Notes under the pieces: generated by a model
What the model was told of the DNA's origin: nothing
Databases searched by the model: none
Seen by the model: only the letters and a program-made list of their open reading frames with translations
From: an uncultured Poribacteria bacterium
GTDB taxonomy: Bacteria > Poribacteria > WGA-4E > WGA-3G
Direction of reading: 5' to 3'
DNA length: 64,000 bases
NCBI GenBank assembly: GCA_958296135.2
Contig: CATQHZ020000001.1
Span: 2,592,001 to 2,656,000, forward strand
Shown: piece by piece, positions 49,082-60,284 of the stretch
Layout: each line of letters starts with the position of its first letter
Numbering within the stretch: position 1 is the stretch's first letter
Made by a program: the position numbers and the translations under genes

Positions 49082-52000
49082 GTGCAAACAGCACAACAAA
49101 AACTACAAACCCTACTCAAGTCCCTCTTCCGCGCCGACGCGGCAGACCTGGATTTCGGCATCTACCGCATCATCAACTACCGCCGCGCACAGTTCGAGAA
49201 GTTCATCAACCACGAACTCCCAAAACGCGTCAACGCCGCCCTTGACGCAAACGCCGATGCCGAAGACACGTATCAACGCATCGCCGAACTCCAGAACCAG
49301 ATTCGCCAAACCCTCGGCGACAATGTGTTGGATGCCGATGGAAATCTCATCAATGAGAACTTCAAAGCAACCCCTTTGGGACAAGAATATCTCACGGAGA
49401 GCGCGCAACTCGGCTCCCCGCACTCCCGAGCACAACGAGAAGAAGCAATCTTCAACCATCTCTACACCTTCTTCTCCCGCTACTACGAAACCGGCGACTT
49501 CATCCCACGCCGACGCTACGCGCAAACCGAACGATACGCCATCCCATATAACGGCGAAGAAATCTACCTACACTGGGCAAACCGCGAACAGTATTATGTC
49601 AAGAGCGGCGAACACTTCTCCGCTTATCAATTCACCACGCAAGGAATGTCCATCACCTTCGAGCTGCGCGACATAGACGTTGAAAAAGACAACGTCCAAG
49701 GCACAAAACGATTCTTCATCCCCATCGCCGACGAAGTAGCCTGCACCGACTCCGAAATCCGCATACCCTTTGAATTCCGGCCCCTCACCGATGACGAGAA
49801 GCAACGCTATACCGGCACAAAGCAGCAAGATAAAATTGTCAACGCCGCCGAAGAGGACATCTTAAAACGCGTAACCGGCAATTTTAACGCGCTCGCGGCA
49901 CTGGAGCAACGCATCGGCGATGTGACAACGCTCAAAAAGCACCTGCGCGCCTATACCCGCGGCAACACCGCCGACTTCTTCATCCACAAAGACCTTGGCG
50001 GCTTCCTCTCCCGAGAACTTGACTTCTACCTCAAAAACGAAGTCGTGCAACTCACCAACCTCATAGAAAATACTATACAGACAACAAGTAAATGGGGGGG
50101 GGCGAGTGGCTTGAAACCGCACGAACCGTTCACACCATCGCCACCGACATCATCACCTTCCTCGCGCACATTGAGGAGTTCCAGAAACGTCTCTGGCTAA
50201 AAAAGAAGTTCGTCCTCTCCACCGAATACTGCATGACGCTCGACCGGGTGCCAGAGGAATTCTACCTCGAGATCACCGAGAATACTGCGCAACGCAACGC
50301 GTGGAAATCCCTCTTCAGCATCAACGAAATCAACGGCAACCTCATCGGCGAAGACTATTCCGAACCCTTAACCGTCGATTTCCTCAAGCAACACCCGAAC
50401 ATCGTCTTGGATACCTGCCACTTCTCCACCGATTTCAAAGACCGGCTCGTGGCATGCTTTGACACTCTGGATGCCGAAACCGATGGACTTCTCATCCACG
50501 GCGAGAACTTCCAAGCGTTAAACCTCCTCACGGCGAGATACCGCGAATCCCTCAAAGCCATTTACATCGATCCGCCTTACAACACGAACGCTTCGGCGAT
50601 TATGTATAAGAACAACTATAAGGATTCGTCGTGGATGTCACTAATGGCAGACCGAATTGCTGTCTCTCGCGAGTTGTTGGCAGATAACGGGACTCTCTGT
50701 ATCGCGATTGATGATGTTGAGGCTTCCAATCTCCGGATCCTCCTTCAGCAGTTATTTGGAAAAGAAAATGAGTTGGGAATCGTGGCAATTCGCTCTAACC
50801 CAGGAGGGAATGCAAGCCCAACAGGATTTTCTTCCGCCCACGAATACGTTATGTTATTTGGCATGACAGAAACTTCACAAGTAGGAAAGCTGGAATGGAC
50901 AGCCGAACAACTTAAGAGTTATAGGCATGCCGATACGCAAGGCCGCTTTAAATGGGCTGCCCTTAGAAGAGGCGACGGACCTAATAATGTGCGTACTGCA
51001 CGGCCACGTCTTTTCTATCCTCTCTTTGCCAAGGATGGAAAGGTCCGAATTCCCAAAATGGAGTGGGACAGCGAAAACCGAGAATGGCACCTCTTGGAGT
51101 CCCCACAGACCGGCGAAACAGCTGTTTTACCGGCGAAACCGAGCGACGGCAAAGAATTAACTTGGAGATATCAGGTTGAAACTCTTGAAGGGAAGTTATC
51201 GGAACTACGCGCGAAAACTACCCAAAACGACGATATCGCTATTCACGTTAAATGGTACCTGAAAAAGGCAGGTGTGCTGCCAAAAACGTGGTGGGACAAG
51301 AAATCATACTCAGCCCCGAGATATGGAACTATGTTTCTGACGAAGATGCTCGGCGATAATATGGCATTTACGTTTCCGAAATCTATCCATCTGCTTGAGG
51401 ATTGCCTGCGCATCTCTTCACTTGGTAAAGAGGATGTTGTCCTAGACTACTTCGGCGGCTCCGGCACCACTGCCCACGCCGCCATCAACCTCAACCGCCA
51501 AGATGGCGGCAAGCGCAAATACATCCTCGTAGAGATGGGGCATCACTTTGACACCGTCCTCAAACCCCGCGTCATGAAGGCAATTTACGCCGAGCAGTGG
51601 AAAGAGGGCAAACCTATTTCGCGAGAGAGTCGCCTCTCGCACATCATCAAATACCAGCGCATCGAATCTTACGAAGACGCGCTCAACAACATCGAATTCG
51701 CCCAGACAGACGATGCGCAGACATTTCTTAACGAACATCGGCTCAGCTACATGCTCGACCGGGAAACCCGCGAGAGCCCGACGTTCTTGAACGTGGAGGA
51801 ACTGAAAAGTCCGTTCAGTTATCAACTCAACATCGTCAACGGCTTAACCGTGCAAACGCAGGAGGTGGATTTACCCGAGACGTTCAACTATCTTTTGGGC
51901 ATGCCGGTCCAAACCCGGCGGTGCTTGAGGGACGGTGACAGACGTTATCTCATCTACCGCGGCACTGTTGGCAGCAAAAACGCTGTCATCATCTGGCGCG

Positions 52001-52173
52001 AAACCGCTGGGTGGGGTCCGTCGGATTATGAGCGAGATTACCGTTTCATTGAGGAGCATCACCTAACCGAAGGCGTGGATGAGGTTTATGTGAACACGTC
52101 CAGCGTTATCCCGGATGCGCGCGTCTTGGATGCGCTCTTCAAACGCTTAATGTTTGAGACGCAATTGGGCTGA
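49082..52173 (+). CDS. mod: Type III Mod subunit, frameshifted at a G9 tract (50094-50102)
   Basis: ORF 49082..50200 (DLDFGIYRI, YNGEEIYLHWAN, DFFIHKDL) and ORF 50092..52173 (LIHGENF, IDPPYNT, LDYFGGSGTT) overlap at the G run. One extra G fuses them. Confidence 0.85.
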
Positions 52174-52191
52174 TTCGTCTCAATGCATCCC

Positions 52192-52367
52192 CGTAGCGCG
52201 GGGGCCGTCACGGTCACGCCTACAGAAAACGTGCGTGTGTCGCCCCGCGTAAACACGGTCACGCCTACAGAAAACGTGCGTGTGTCGCCCCGCGTAAACA
52301 CGCTACCTTACTTTAACTTTGTCATCTGCTGCAGCCTCGCTGCAGAGATGTCCACTGTCCCCCGCGA
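52192..52367. repeat. Dispersed element with two 45-bp units, between mod and res
   Basis: Same flanks as 12211-12337; the unit starts at 52209 and 52254. Confidence 0.9.
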
Positions 52368-52417
52368 GCGTTGCGTCACCGGCGGGCGTGAGCCTGTCCC
52401 TACAAGGAACACCCTTT

Positions 52418-55400
52418 ATGCCAAGGAAACGACCCAAACTCGAAGAGCATCTCACGCTCCACGCGTGGCTCAACCACCAATTCGGGTATCAGAACACTAG
52501 CGAACTGCTCGCCGACGTAAAACGCGAAGACGAAGGCTTCAACGCAGATGGGCTCTCACCTGTCTGCGCACACCTCATGTCTCGCACAGCCCTCGGGGCG
52601 CAGCTGCACGCCAGGTTGCCGACTTACGATGCCAACATCAAGCGGCACCTTGCTGCCATCAACCGAGCGCGTACGTCGCCAATCGTCCTCCGCTATTTCC
52701 AATACCTCGCCGTGCTCTATACCGAGATTTTCTTGGAGTGGAAATTTAACAGGCCGCGCCAACTCCTTGCCGAACTCAACGCCTTTGTCGAAAAGCGCAA
52801 CGCAGAGAGAGCCCCCGGCGATACCCAAGATGTCCCGTTCACACCAGAAGACATTGAGAAACTCGCCTTCTGGATGGCAACCGGTGCCGGCAAAACGCTC
52901 ATCATGCACCTCAACTATCGTCAGTACTTGCACTACTGCGATAAGCCGTTAGAGCACATCGTCCTCATCACGCCGAACGAAGGGTTGAGCGAGCAGCATC
53001 TCCGCGAACTCGCCGCCTCCGATATCCCGTGCGAACGCTTTAACGTGGAAGGCAACAAACTTTCCCATCGCCGAAACGCCGTCCAGGTCATCGAAATCAC
53101 CAAACTCGTTGAGGATAAAAAAGGCGGCGGCGTGAGCGTCCCTGTGGAAGCATTTGAGGGAAACAACCTCATCTTCGTCGATGAAGGGCACAAGGGCAGC
53201 GGCGGCAAAGTTTGGCGAAGTTACCGCGAAGAACTCGCCGAAACCGGCTTCACCTTTGAATACAGTGCAACCTTTGGACAAGCACTCGCCGCCGCAAACA
53301 ACGCCGAACTCGTTGAGGAATACGGCAAGGCAATCGTCTTTGACTACTCCTACCGCTATTTTTACGGCGACGGCTACGGCAAAAACTTCCGCATCCTCAA
53401 CGTCAAACACGATGAGGCAACCCAAACCGGCACCTTGCTCATGGGCAATCTGCTCAGTTTTTACCAGCAACGGAAGTATTTCAGAGAAAACACCGATGCG
53501 GTGCGCGCCTACGGATTAGAGCCGCCTTTGTGGGCATTCGTCGGCAGTCGGGTTAAGGCTATCTACACCGAAGCCAAAAAAACGCGCTCCGATGTGCTCA
53601 ACGTCATCAGGTTTCTGCATCGGGTATTAGCAAACGAAAACGGGTGGGCAATCCGCACTATCGCCGAGATTCTGAACGGCAATTCGGGCTTAGCGGATGA
53701 AGATGGCACCGATGTCTTCGCCAATCGACTCGCCTATCTCAAGGGAACCGACAGCGGGGCTGCAGAGATTTACAACGGCATCCTCACTGAGGTTTTCCAC
53801 ACGAGCACGAGCGGCGCGCTGCATCTCTGCGATGTTCGCAGCGCGCAGGGAGAAATCGCCTTAAAAGCAACGAACGGCACCAACTCCTTTGGGCTCATCT
53901 ACATCGGCGATACCCCCGCTTTCAAAAAACTGGTAGCCGCCGATAAGAGCGGCATCGTCTCAGAACCGGAAGATGTCATGAGAGAAGGCTTCTTCAGCGA
54001 CATCAACCAGCCCAACAGCCCCATCAATATCCTCATCGGCGCAAAGAAGTTCCTTGAAGGCTGGGACAGCTGGCGCGTCAGCGCGATGGGACTGCTCAAC
54101 ATCGGCAGAAAGGAAGGTTCGCAGATTATCCAACTGTTCGGACGCGGTGTCCGCCTCCGCGGCAAGGACATGAGTCTCAAGCGCAGTGCCGCCTTGGAGG
54201 GTAAACACCCGTCAAACCTCTCGCTGCTGGAAACGCTTAACATCTTCGCCGTGCGCGCCAATTTCATGGCTCAATTCCGCGAGTATCTCACCCGCGAAGG
54301 CGTTCCAACCGAAGAGCCCGTTCAAGTAATCGTGCCAATCCAGCGCAACGAGGACTTCCTCGCGCGCCGCCTCTATGTGCCAATCGTCAAATCATACGAC
54401 CGGTTTGCCAAAGGTGAATGCGTTCCCCTTCAACCGGATAGCAACGCGTATATCACCCACTGCACGCAGCAACTTGATATTATCGGGAGCAGCTCACAAA
54501 CAGGTATCCAAACGGGAGAAGCAGAGGCAGCTTTGGAACGCCAAATCCCAGCGGCAAGCCTGAAACTCGTAGACTGGGAGAAGATTCACCTCCAGCTGCT
54601 TGAATACAAACAGGAAAAACGGTTTCATAACCTCGTATTTGATACCGAAGTCCTCAAGCAGATTCTGGAACCTGATAAGGAATTGTATGGCCTCAAGGTG
54701 ATGCACGAAGCTGAAGTTGAACCGACATCCTTGGCAGGAATCGCGCGGTTAGAGGAATTGGTGCTGAGCCTCCTCCGCAAGTACATCGCCAAATTCTACG
54801 GAAACATTCGGAAGCAGTGGAGCGAGAATCGGGTGAGATTAGGACGGTTAGACGAAAAGGATGCCAATTTCACCGATTGGACTGTCTATGTTCCCCGAAC
54901 CGAGGCCACCGAACTTGAACCGCTCATCCTCAAACTGATAGAAAACGAAGAAATTTACGGACCCGATTTTACTTCCTTGCCCAACGCCTATAACGACAGG
55001 CATCTCTATCAACCGCTTTTGACGGTAGGCGAAGTGAGAACAACGCCGCCCGCTTTGGAACAGAGCGAGACCAGCTTCGTGAAGGACCTGCGTCGTTACG
55101 TTCGCGAGCATCGCGACGGACACCTGGCCGCAAAAGAGATATTCCTCCTGCGAAACCAAAGCCGCGGCAAAGGCATCGGCTTCTATCAGAACGAAGGTTT
55201 CTATCCCGATTTCATCCTCTGGATAACCGAGGGACCGAAACAACGCATCGTCTTCATTGAACCGCACGGCATGGTACACGAGGCGATTAATGAGCACAAC
55301 GATAAAGTCACTCTTTTCAAGCGGCTGCGCGATGTGTCATACAACCACTTCCGCGGCGAGCACGTGCAACTGGATGCCTTCATCATCTCCAAAACCGATT

Positions 55401-55525
55401 TCCCGCAGATGCGTAAAAATTGGAACATGGCTCGGGCCGAGTTCGCGGCATGGCACATCCTCTTCCGCAGTGCAGACAGGCAGCAGACCGGTTACCTCGC
55501 GCCAATTTTCACTGAAACATCCTGA
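52418..55525 (+). CDS. res: Type III restriction-modification Res subunit
   Basis: WMATGAGKT, VDEGH, YSATF, EGWDSWR, QLFGRGVR; FYPDFILW..FIEPHG nuclease region. Confidence 0.9.
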   Translation: MPRKRPKLEEHLTLHAWLNHQFGYQNTSELLADVKREDEGFNADGLSPVCAHLMSRTALGAQLHARLPTYDANIKRHLAAINRARTSPIVLRYFQYLAVLYTEIFLEWKFNRPRQLLAELNAFVEKRNAERAPGDTQDVPFTPEDIEKLAFWMATGAGKTLIMHLNYRQYLHYCDKPLEHIVLITPNEGLSEQHLRELAASDIPCERFNVEGNKLSHRRNAVQVIEITKLVEDKKGGGVSVPVEAFEGNNLIFVDEGHKGSGGKVWRSYREELAETGFTFEYSATFGQALAAANNAELVEEYGKAIVFDYSYRYFYGDGYGKNFRILNVKHDEATQTGTLLMGNLLSFYQQRKYFRENTDAVRAYGLEPPLWAFVGSRVKAIYTEAKKTRSDVLNVIRFLHRVLANENGWAIRTIAEILNGNSGLADEDGTDVFANRLAYLKGTDSGAAEIYNGILTEVFHTSTSGALHLCDVRSAQGEIALKATNGTNSFGLIYIGDTPAFKKLVAADKSGIVSEPEDVMREGFFSDINQPNSPINILIGAKKFLEGWDSWRVSAMGLLNIGRKEGSQIIQLFGRGVRLRGKDMSLKRSAALEGKHPSNLSLLETLNIFAVRANFMAQFREYLTREGVPTEEPVQVIVPIQRNEDFLARRLYVPIVKSYDRFAKGECVPLQPDSNAYITHCTQQLDIIGSSSQTGIQTGEAEAALERQIPAASLKLVDWEKIHLQLLEYKQEKRFHNLVFDTEVLKQILEPDKELYGLKVMHEAEVEPTSLAGIARLEELVLSLLRKYIAKFYGNIRKQWSENRVRLGRLDEKDANFTDWTVYVPRTEATELEPLILKLIENEEIYGPDFTSLPNAYNDRHLYQPLLTVGEVRTTPPALEQSETSFVKDLRRYVREHRDGHLAAKEIFLLRNQSRGKGIGFYQNEGFYPDFILWITEGPKQRIVFIEPHGMVHEAINEHNDKVTLFKRLRDVSYNHFRGEHVQLDAFIISKTDFPQMRKNWNMARAEFAAWHILFRSADRQQTGYLAPIFTETS

Positions 55526-55765
55526 GCCCCGAAAACGCCCCGCGGCCTGTCCCTCGCCAGCCCCGTAGCGCGAAGCCCTGTCCCTCGCTGTACAACGCGC
55601 GTCCGTAGGAAAACCAGAGCACCCGAGCTCGCCCGGCTGCGGAAGAGCAGCCTCCGAACCACGCTTTCCACCGTTATCACAACACGCCTATAATCCTGCA
55701 AATCCGCGAGTCAGACAATTTTTCCCTTGCCATTCCCCCGTAAATTATGCTAAAATATTCACACG

Positions 55766-57151
55766 ATGAAACAACACGACTTAAAATACGCACAGCAAGC
55801 CCTCAGCACTCTTCTCGGAGCCCGCTTCACCACTGACGATGCCATCCGAGACACGCATGCTCGCGATGCCTCCTATCATCGCGGCGCGCTCCCGGCAGCC
55901 GTTGCATTCCCGAAAAGCAACACCGAAATCGCCGACATCGTCAAAATCTGCGCGAAGCACCGAATACCGATAATCCCCTACGGTACAGGCACCGGCGTTG
56001 AAGGTGCTGCTGTCTCCATGGAAGGCGCGCTGAGTATCTCGCTAAAAAACATGCATAACATCCTCCGCGTCAGCGAAAGCGACAGAGATGCCACCGTCCA
56101 AGCCGGGGTCACGCGACTGCAGCTGAACACACACCTCGCCGAAATCGGCACGAAACTGCATTTCCCAGTCGACCCGGGTGCCGATGCCTCCCTCGGCGGC
56201 ATGGCGGCAACGCGCGCCTCTGGCACCAGCGCGGTCTGCTACGGCACGATGCTGGACAACATCCTCGGCTTGACAGTCGTCACCGCCGATGGTACAATCG
56301 TGCGAACCGGCGGGCGCGCCCGAAAATCCGCCGCCGGCTATGATCTGACGCGCCTCTTCGTCGGCTCGGAAGGCACGCTAGGCATAATCACCGAGGTGAC
56401 GCTCAAATTGACGCGGTTGCCGGAAGCAGTCGCCGCCGCTGCCTGTGCTTTCCCGACGGTAACGGCCGCTGTCGACACAGTCATCCGTCTCATGGAAACC
56501 GGCATCCGCCTCGCACGCATTGAATTGCTAGACGAACTGCAGATGGACGCTGTCAATAAACATTCAGGGTTAGACTGCAAAGTCGCCCCGACGCTCTTTT
56601 TTGAGTTCCACGGTTCAGCGCAAACCGTCGCCGAAAGTTCAGAGACAGCAGGTGCCCTCGCATCGAAACACGGCGGCGCGGATTTCCAATGGGCCACAGA
56701 GGAAACCGAACGCAAACGACTCTGGCAAGCGCGCTACGATAGCTATTACGCCGCATGTAACCTCCGTCCCGGCTCCGTCGGATACGTCACAGACGTGTGC
56801 GTTCCGATTTCCCGATTGGCGGAATGCATCGCCAAAACCAAAACACTGCTGGAGACATCCGACATGGTAGTCACCCTCCTCGGGCACGTCGGCGATGGAA
56901 ATTTCCACGTCGTCTTCCCGATAGAACCGAACAACCACGACGAAGTGGCAAAAGCGCAAGACCTCAGTCGTCAAATTGTCGACATCGCTTTGGAGATGGG
57001 CGGCACCTGTACCGGCGAGCACGGAGTCGGCATCGGCAAACGCGAGGCATTAGCAAAGGAACACGGCGACGCAGTTAACGTAATGCGCGCCATCAAAAAC
57101 GCACTCGACCCGGGCAACATCATGAACCCCGGCAAAATTTTCATCCAGTAG
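55766..57151 (+). CDS. FAD-linked oxidase (D-lactate dehydrogenase / GlcD family)
   Basis: PYGTGTGVEG, FPVDPGA, GYDLTRLFVGSEGTLG, HVGDGNFH, GEHGVG, MNPGK. Confidence 0.92.
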   Translation: MKQHDLKYAQQALSTLLGARFTTDDAIRDTHARDASYHRGALPAAVAFPKSNTEIADIVKICAKHRIPIIPYGTGTGVEGAAVSMEGALSISLKNMHNILRVSESDRDATVQAGVTRLQLNTHLAEIGTKLHFPVDPGADASLGGMAATRASGTSAVCYGTMLDNILGLTVVTADGTIVRTGGRARKSAAGYDLTRLFVGSEGTLGIITEVTLKLTRLPEAVAAAACAFPTVTAAVDTVIRLMETGIRLARIELLDELQMDAVNKHSGLDCKVAPTLFFEFHGSAQTVAESSETAGALASKHGGADFQWATEETERKRLWQARYDSYYAACNLRPGSVGYVTDVCVPISRLAECIAKTKTLLETSDMVVTLLGHVGDGNFHVVFPIEPNNHDEVAKAQDLSRQIVDIALEMGGTCTGEHGVGIGKREALAKEHGDAVNVMRAIKNALDPGNIMNPGKIFIQ

Positions 57152-57235
57152 ACAGGAACTCCCTGTCCTAATTTAGAGCCTGTAAGGACGGATTTCTATG
57201 GTTTCCGCCCTTACGTTAACAGTAATGTTTATAGA

Positions 57236-58237
57236 ATGCCAAACAACTGGAAAATCCTCATCACCGATTACGCCTGGCCCTCCGTTGAGCCCGAACGCCA
57301 AGTCCTCGCCCGCGTCGGCGCGGCACTCATCGTCGCCGAGAGCGGTGACGAAGCAGAGCTCCTCTCCCTCGCACCGACGATAGACGGCATCCTCACCTGC
57401 TGGAAACCGGTGCGCGAGAACGTCATCGCCGCCGCCAAAAAATGCCAGATTATCGGCCGCTGCGGCATCGGATTAGACAACATTGACGTAGCCGCAGCCA
57501 CGCAACACGGCATCGTTGTTACCAACGTGCCTGCCTACTGCATCGATGAAGTATCCGACCAGGGTATGGCACTCCTGCTCGCCTGCGCCAGAAAAATCCC
57601 GCGTTATGATGCCGCCGTTAAAAACGGGACATGGGCACAAAATATCGGGCCACAGATGTATCGGTTACGTGGAAAAACCATCGGCATTATCGGATTTGGA
57701 CGAATCGCGAAGGCTGTTGTCCCCAAAGCAAAGGCGTTTGGGTTGCAGGTAAACGTCTATTCGCCGCGCACACCGCACGAAACAATCCGTACACACGGCG
57801 CAGAAAAAGTCGCTTTCGCAGCACTCCTCGCAACCGCGGATTTCATCACAATCCATGCACCGCTGACAGAGGAAACGCAGGGTATGTTCGGGCCAGCCGA
57901 ATTTCGCGCAATGAAACCGACAGCGTTTCTGATTAACACCGCCCGCGGCGGCATCGTTGATACCGAAGCATTAACGGCAGCCCTCATCAGCGGAGAAATC
58001 GCCGGGGCGGGCCTTGATGTCTTGGAGACCGAACCACCCAAACCGAACGAGCAACTGCTAACGTGCGACAATGTCATCATCACGCCGCACACAGCGTTTA
58101 TCTCACAGGAGGCACTCCTCGATTTAGAAGTCACTGCAGCCTCGTGCGTTGCCCAAGTCTTGACAGGACAGTGTCCAGAATCGGTAGTCAATCCGGAGGT
58201 TTTGGAACGTCCAAATCTCCGCGCACGCATTTTGTAA
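57236..58237 (+). CDS. D-2-hydroxyacid dehydrogenase (CtBP/SerA-like)
   Basis: GIGLDNID, GIIGFGRIA, HAPLT, INTARGG, GLDV, TPHTAF. Confidence 0.9.
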   Translation: MPNNWKILITDYAWPSVEPERQVLARVGAALIVAESGDEAELLSLAPTIDGILTCWKPVRENVIAAAKKCQIIGRCGIGLDNIDVAAATQHGIVVTNVPAYCIDEVSDQGMALLLACARKIPRYDAAVKNGTWAQNIGPQMYRLRGKTIGIIGFGRIAKAVVPKAKAFGLQVNVYSPRTPHETIRTHGAEKVAFAALLATADFITIHAPLTEETQGMFGPAEFRAMKPTAFLINTARGGIVDTEALTAALISGEIAGAGLDVLETEPPKPNEQLLTCDNVIITPHTAFISQEALLDLEVTAASCVAQVLTGQCPESVVNPEVLERPNLRARIL

Positions 58238-58285
58238 GGGCGGATGGCCATAGTTTCCGCCCGTTCATAAATAGGAGAACTCAGC

Positions 58286-59479
58286 ATGCAACAACTCCCC
58301 GACGCAACGGGACATTTTGGACAATTCGGCGGTAGATACGTCCCCGAAACGCTCATGCCCGCCTTACTTGAGCTGGAAGCGGCATACAACACCCTGAAAT
58401 CCAATCCCGATTTCCAAAGCGAATTTCAGGCATACCTCAGCGAATATGTCGGCAGACCGAATCCGCTTTACTACGCCGAACGCTTGACACACGCACTCGG
58501 CGGCGCGAAAATATATCTGAAACGCGAAGATCTGAACCACACCGGCGCACATAAAATCAACAGTGCCATCGGGCAAATCCTGCTCGCGCGCTGGATGGGC
58601 AAAAAGCGCATCATCGCCGAAACTGGCGCAGGACAGCACGGGGTTGCAACCGCCACCGTCGCCGCAAAATTCGACATCAAGTGCGAGGTCTACATGGGCG
58701 AAGAGGACATTGAACGCCAGGCCCTCAACGTCTTCCGGATGCAGCTGATGGGCACGAAGGTAGTCCCTGTCAATTCCGGTTCGCGCACACTGAAAGACGC
58801 TATCAACGCCTGCTTCCGCGATTGGGTGACGAATGTGCGCAGCACCTATCTCCTCCTCGGTTCCGTTGTCGGCGCGCATCCGTACCCGATGATTGTCCGT
58901 GATTTTCAAGCCGTTATCGGCAAAGAAGCGCGCTCGCAGATTGTGGAGAAAGAAGGAAAACTGCCCGATTGCATCGTCGCGTGCGTCGGCGGCGGCAGCA
59001 ATTCGCTCGGCATGTTCTACCCCTTTTATGCCGATGCAGAAGTCAAACTCATCGGCGTAGAAGCCGCCGGCGAGAGCATCCGCAGCGGCAGACACGCCGC
59101 TCCCCTCACCGCAGGAAGCGTCGGCGTATTTCACGGTGCCAAGTGCTACCTGTTGCAAGAAGATGACGGACAAATAACCCCCGCGCACTCAATCTCCGCA
59201 GGATTGGATTACCCCGGCGTCGGACCGGAGCATAGTTATTACCGAGAAACGGGTAGGGCAGAATATGTCCCCATCACGGACGCAGAGGCTGTGGAGGGAT
59301 TTCAGCTGTTATCGGAAACGGAGGGCATCATCCCCGCATTAGAATCGGCGCACGCCATCGCCTACCTCCGCAAACTCGCCCCGACGATGGAGGCAGACCA
59401 GGTTATCGTCGTCTGTCTCTCCGGACGCGGCGACAAAGATGTCTATACCATCGCAAACGAATTAGGCGTGAGTCTGTAG
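58286..59479 (+). CDS. trpB: Tryptophan synthase beta chain
   Basis: [57 protein letters not shown]. Confidence 0.97.
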   Translation: MQQLPDATGHFGQFGGRYVPETLMPALLELEAAYNTLKSNPDFQSEFQAYLSEYVGRPNPLYYAERLTHALGGAKIYLKREDLNHTGAHKINSAIGQILLARWMGKKRIIAETGAGQHGVATATVAAKFDIKCEVYMGEEDIERQALNVFRMQLMGTKVVPVNSGSRTLKDAINACFRDWVTNVRSTYLLLGSVVGAHPYPMIVRDFQAVIGKEARSQIVEKEGKLPDCIVACVGGGSNSLGMFYPFYADAEVKLIGVEAAGESIRSGRHAAPLTAGSVGVFHGAKCYLLQEDDGQITPAHSISAGLDYPGVGPEHSYYRETGRAEYVPITDAEAVEGFQLLSETEGIIPALESAHAIAYLRKLAPTMEADQVIVVCLSGRGDKDVYTIANELGVSL

Positions 59480-59543
59480 TCCACAGCACCCGCAGCCCGC
59501 AGCACCAGGGACAAGCCCTCGCCACGCCGCAAGCAAACGCCTG

Positions 59544-59956
59544 CCACCCCGTAGCGCGAGGGCCTGTCCCTCGCAAGGCCACACGCCCCGCCACTCCGTA
59601 GCGCGAGGACCTGTCCCTCGCAAGGCCACACGCCCCGCCACCCCGTAGCGCGAGGACCTGTCCCTCGCAAGGCTACACGCCCCACCACCCCGTAGCGCGA
59701 GGACCTGTCCCTCGCAAGGCCACACGCCCCACCACCCCGTAGCGCGAGGACCTGTCCCTCGCAAGGCCACACGCCCCACCACCCCGTAGCGCGAGGACCT
59801 GTCCCTCGCAAGGCCACACGCCCCACCACCCCGTAGCGCGAGGACCTGTCCCTCGCAAGGCCACACGCCCCGCCACCCCGTAGCGCGAGGGCCTGTCCCT
59901 CGCAAGGCCACACGCCCCGCCACTCCGTAGCGCGAGGGCCTGTCCCTCGCAAGGCC
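59544..59956. repeat. Tandem array of nine 47-bp GTAG-REP units
   Basis: gtagcgcgagg(g/a)cctgtccctcgcaaggccacacgcccc(g/a)ccac(c/t)cc starts at 59551, 59598, 59645, 59692, 59739, 59786, 59833, 59880 and 59927 (last copy partial). Confidence 0.95.
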
Positions 59957-60033
59957 GCAAATCCTAAAAATTTGCTATTCAAACGCAAACTATGGTATAA
60001 TAATTTTGTCGAACACAAAAAAGGCGGCTTTTC

Positions 60034-60266
60034 ATGCACGAAGACGAACAAATTTTGAAAGCCGTTGAAAACCTGACCCGACGCTTTGAAACCTTTCGCG
60101 ACGAGACACAAAAACATTTTGAGTCCTTGGAGCGCGAAGTCGGCTGGATTCGCGACAGACTTGAAGGAAGAGAAGAGGCGAAGCAATCGCGCGGCGCGCG
60201 ACTTAGATAGCCATCGTATCGGCTCTCATCGCGCTCGCTGCATTGATTAAGAGTTTTTTCCCGTAG
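60034..60266 (+). pseudogene. Frameshifted tail-anchored coiled-coil protein (third family member)
   Basis: MHEDEQILKAVENLTRRFETFRDETQKHFESLEREVGWIRDRLEGREEAKQSRGARLR stops at 60210. The -1 frame from 60207 reads IAIVSALIALAALIKSFFP-stop. Confidence 0.6.
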
Positions 60267-60284
60267 GAACGAAGGAGAAAACTG

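Noticed and set aside
59544-59956. Possible CRISPR array (47-bp period with hairpin)
   Set aside because: The sequence between hairpins is constant rather than unique, and the hairpin matches dispersed REP-like copies.
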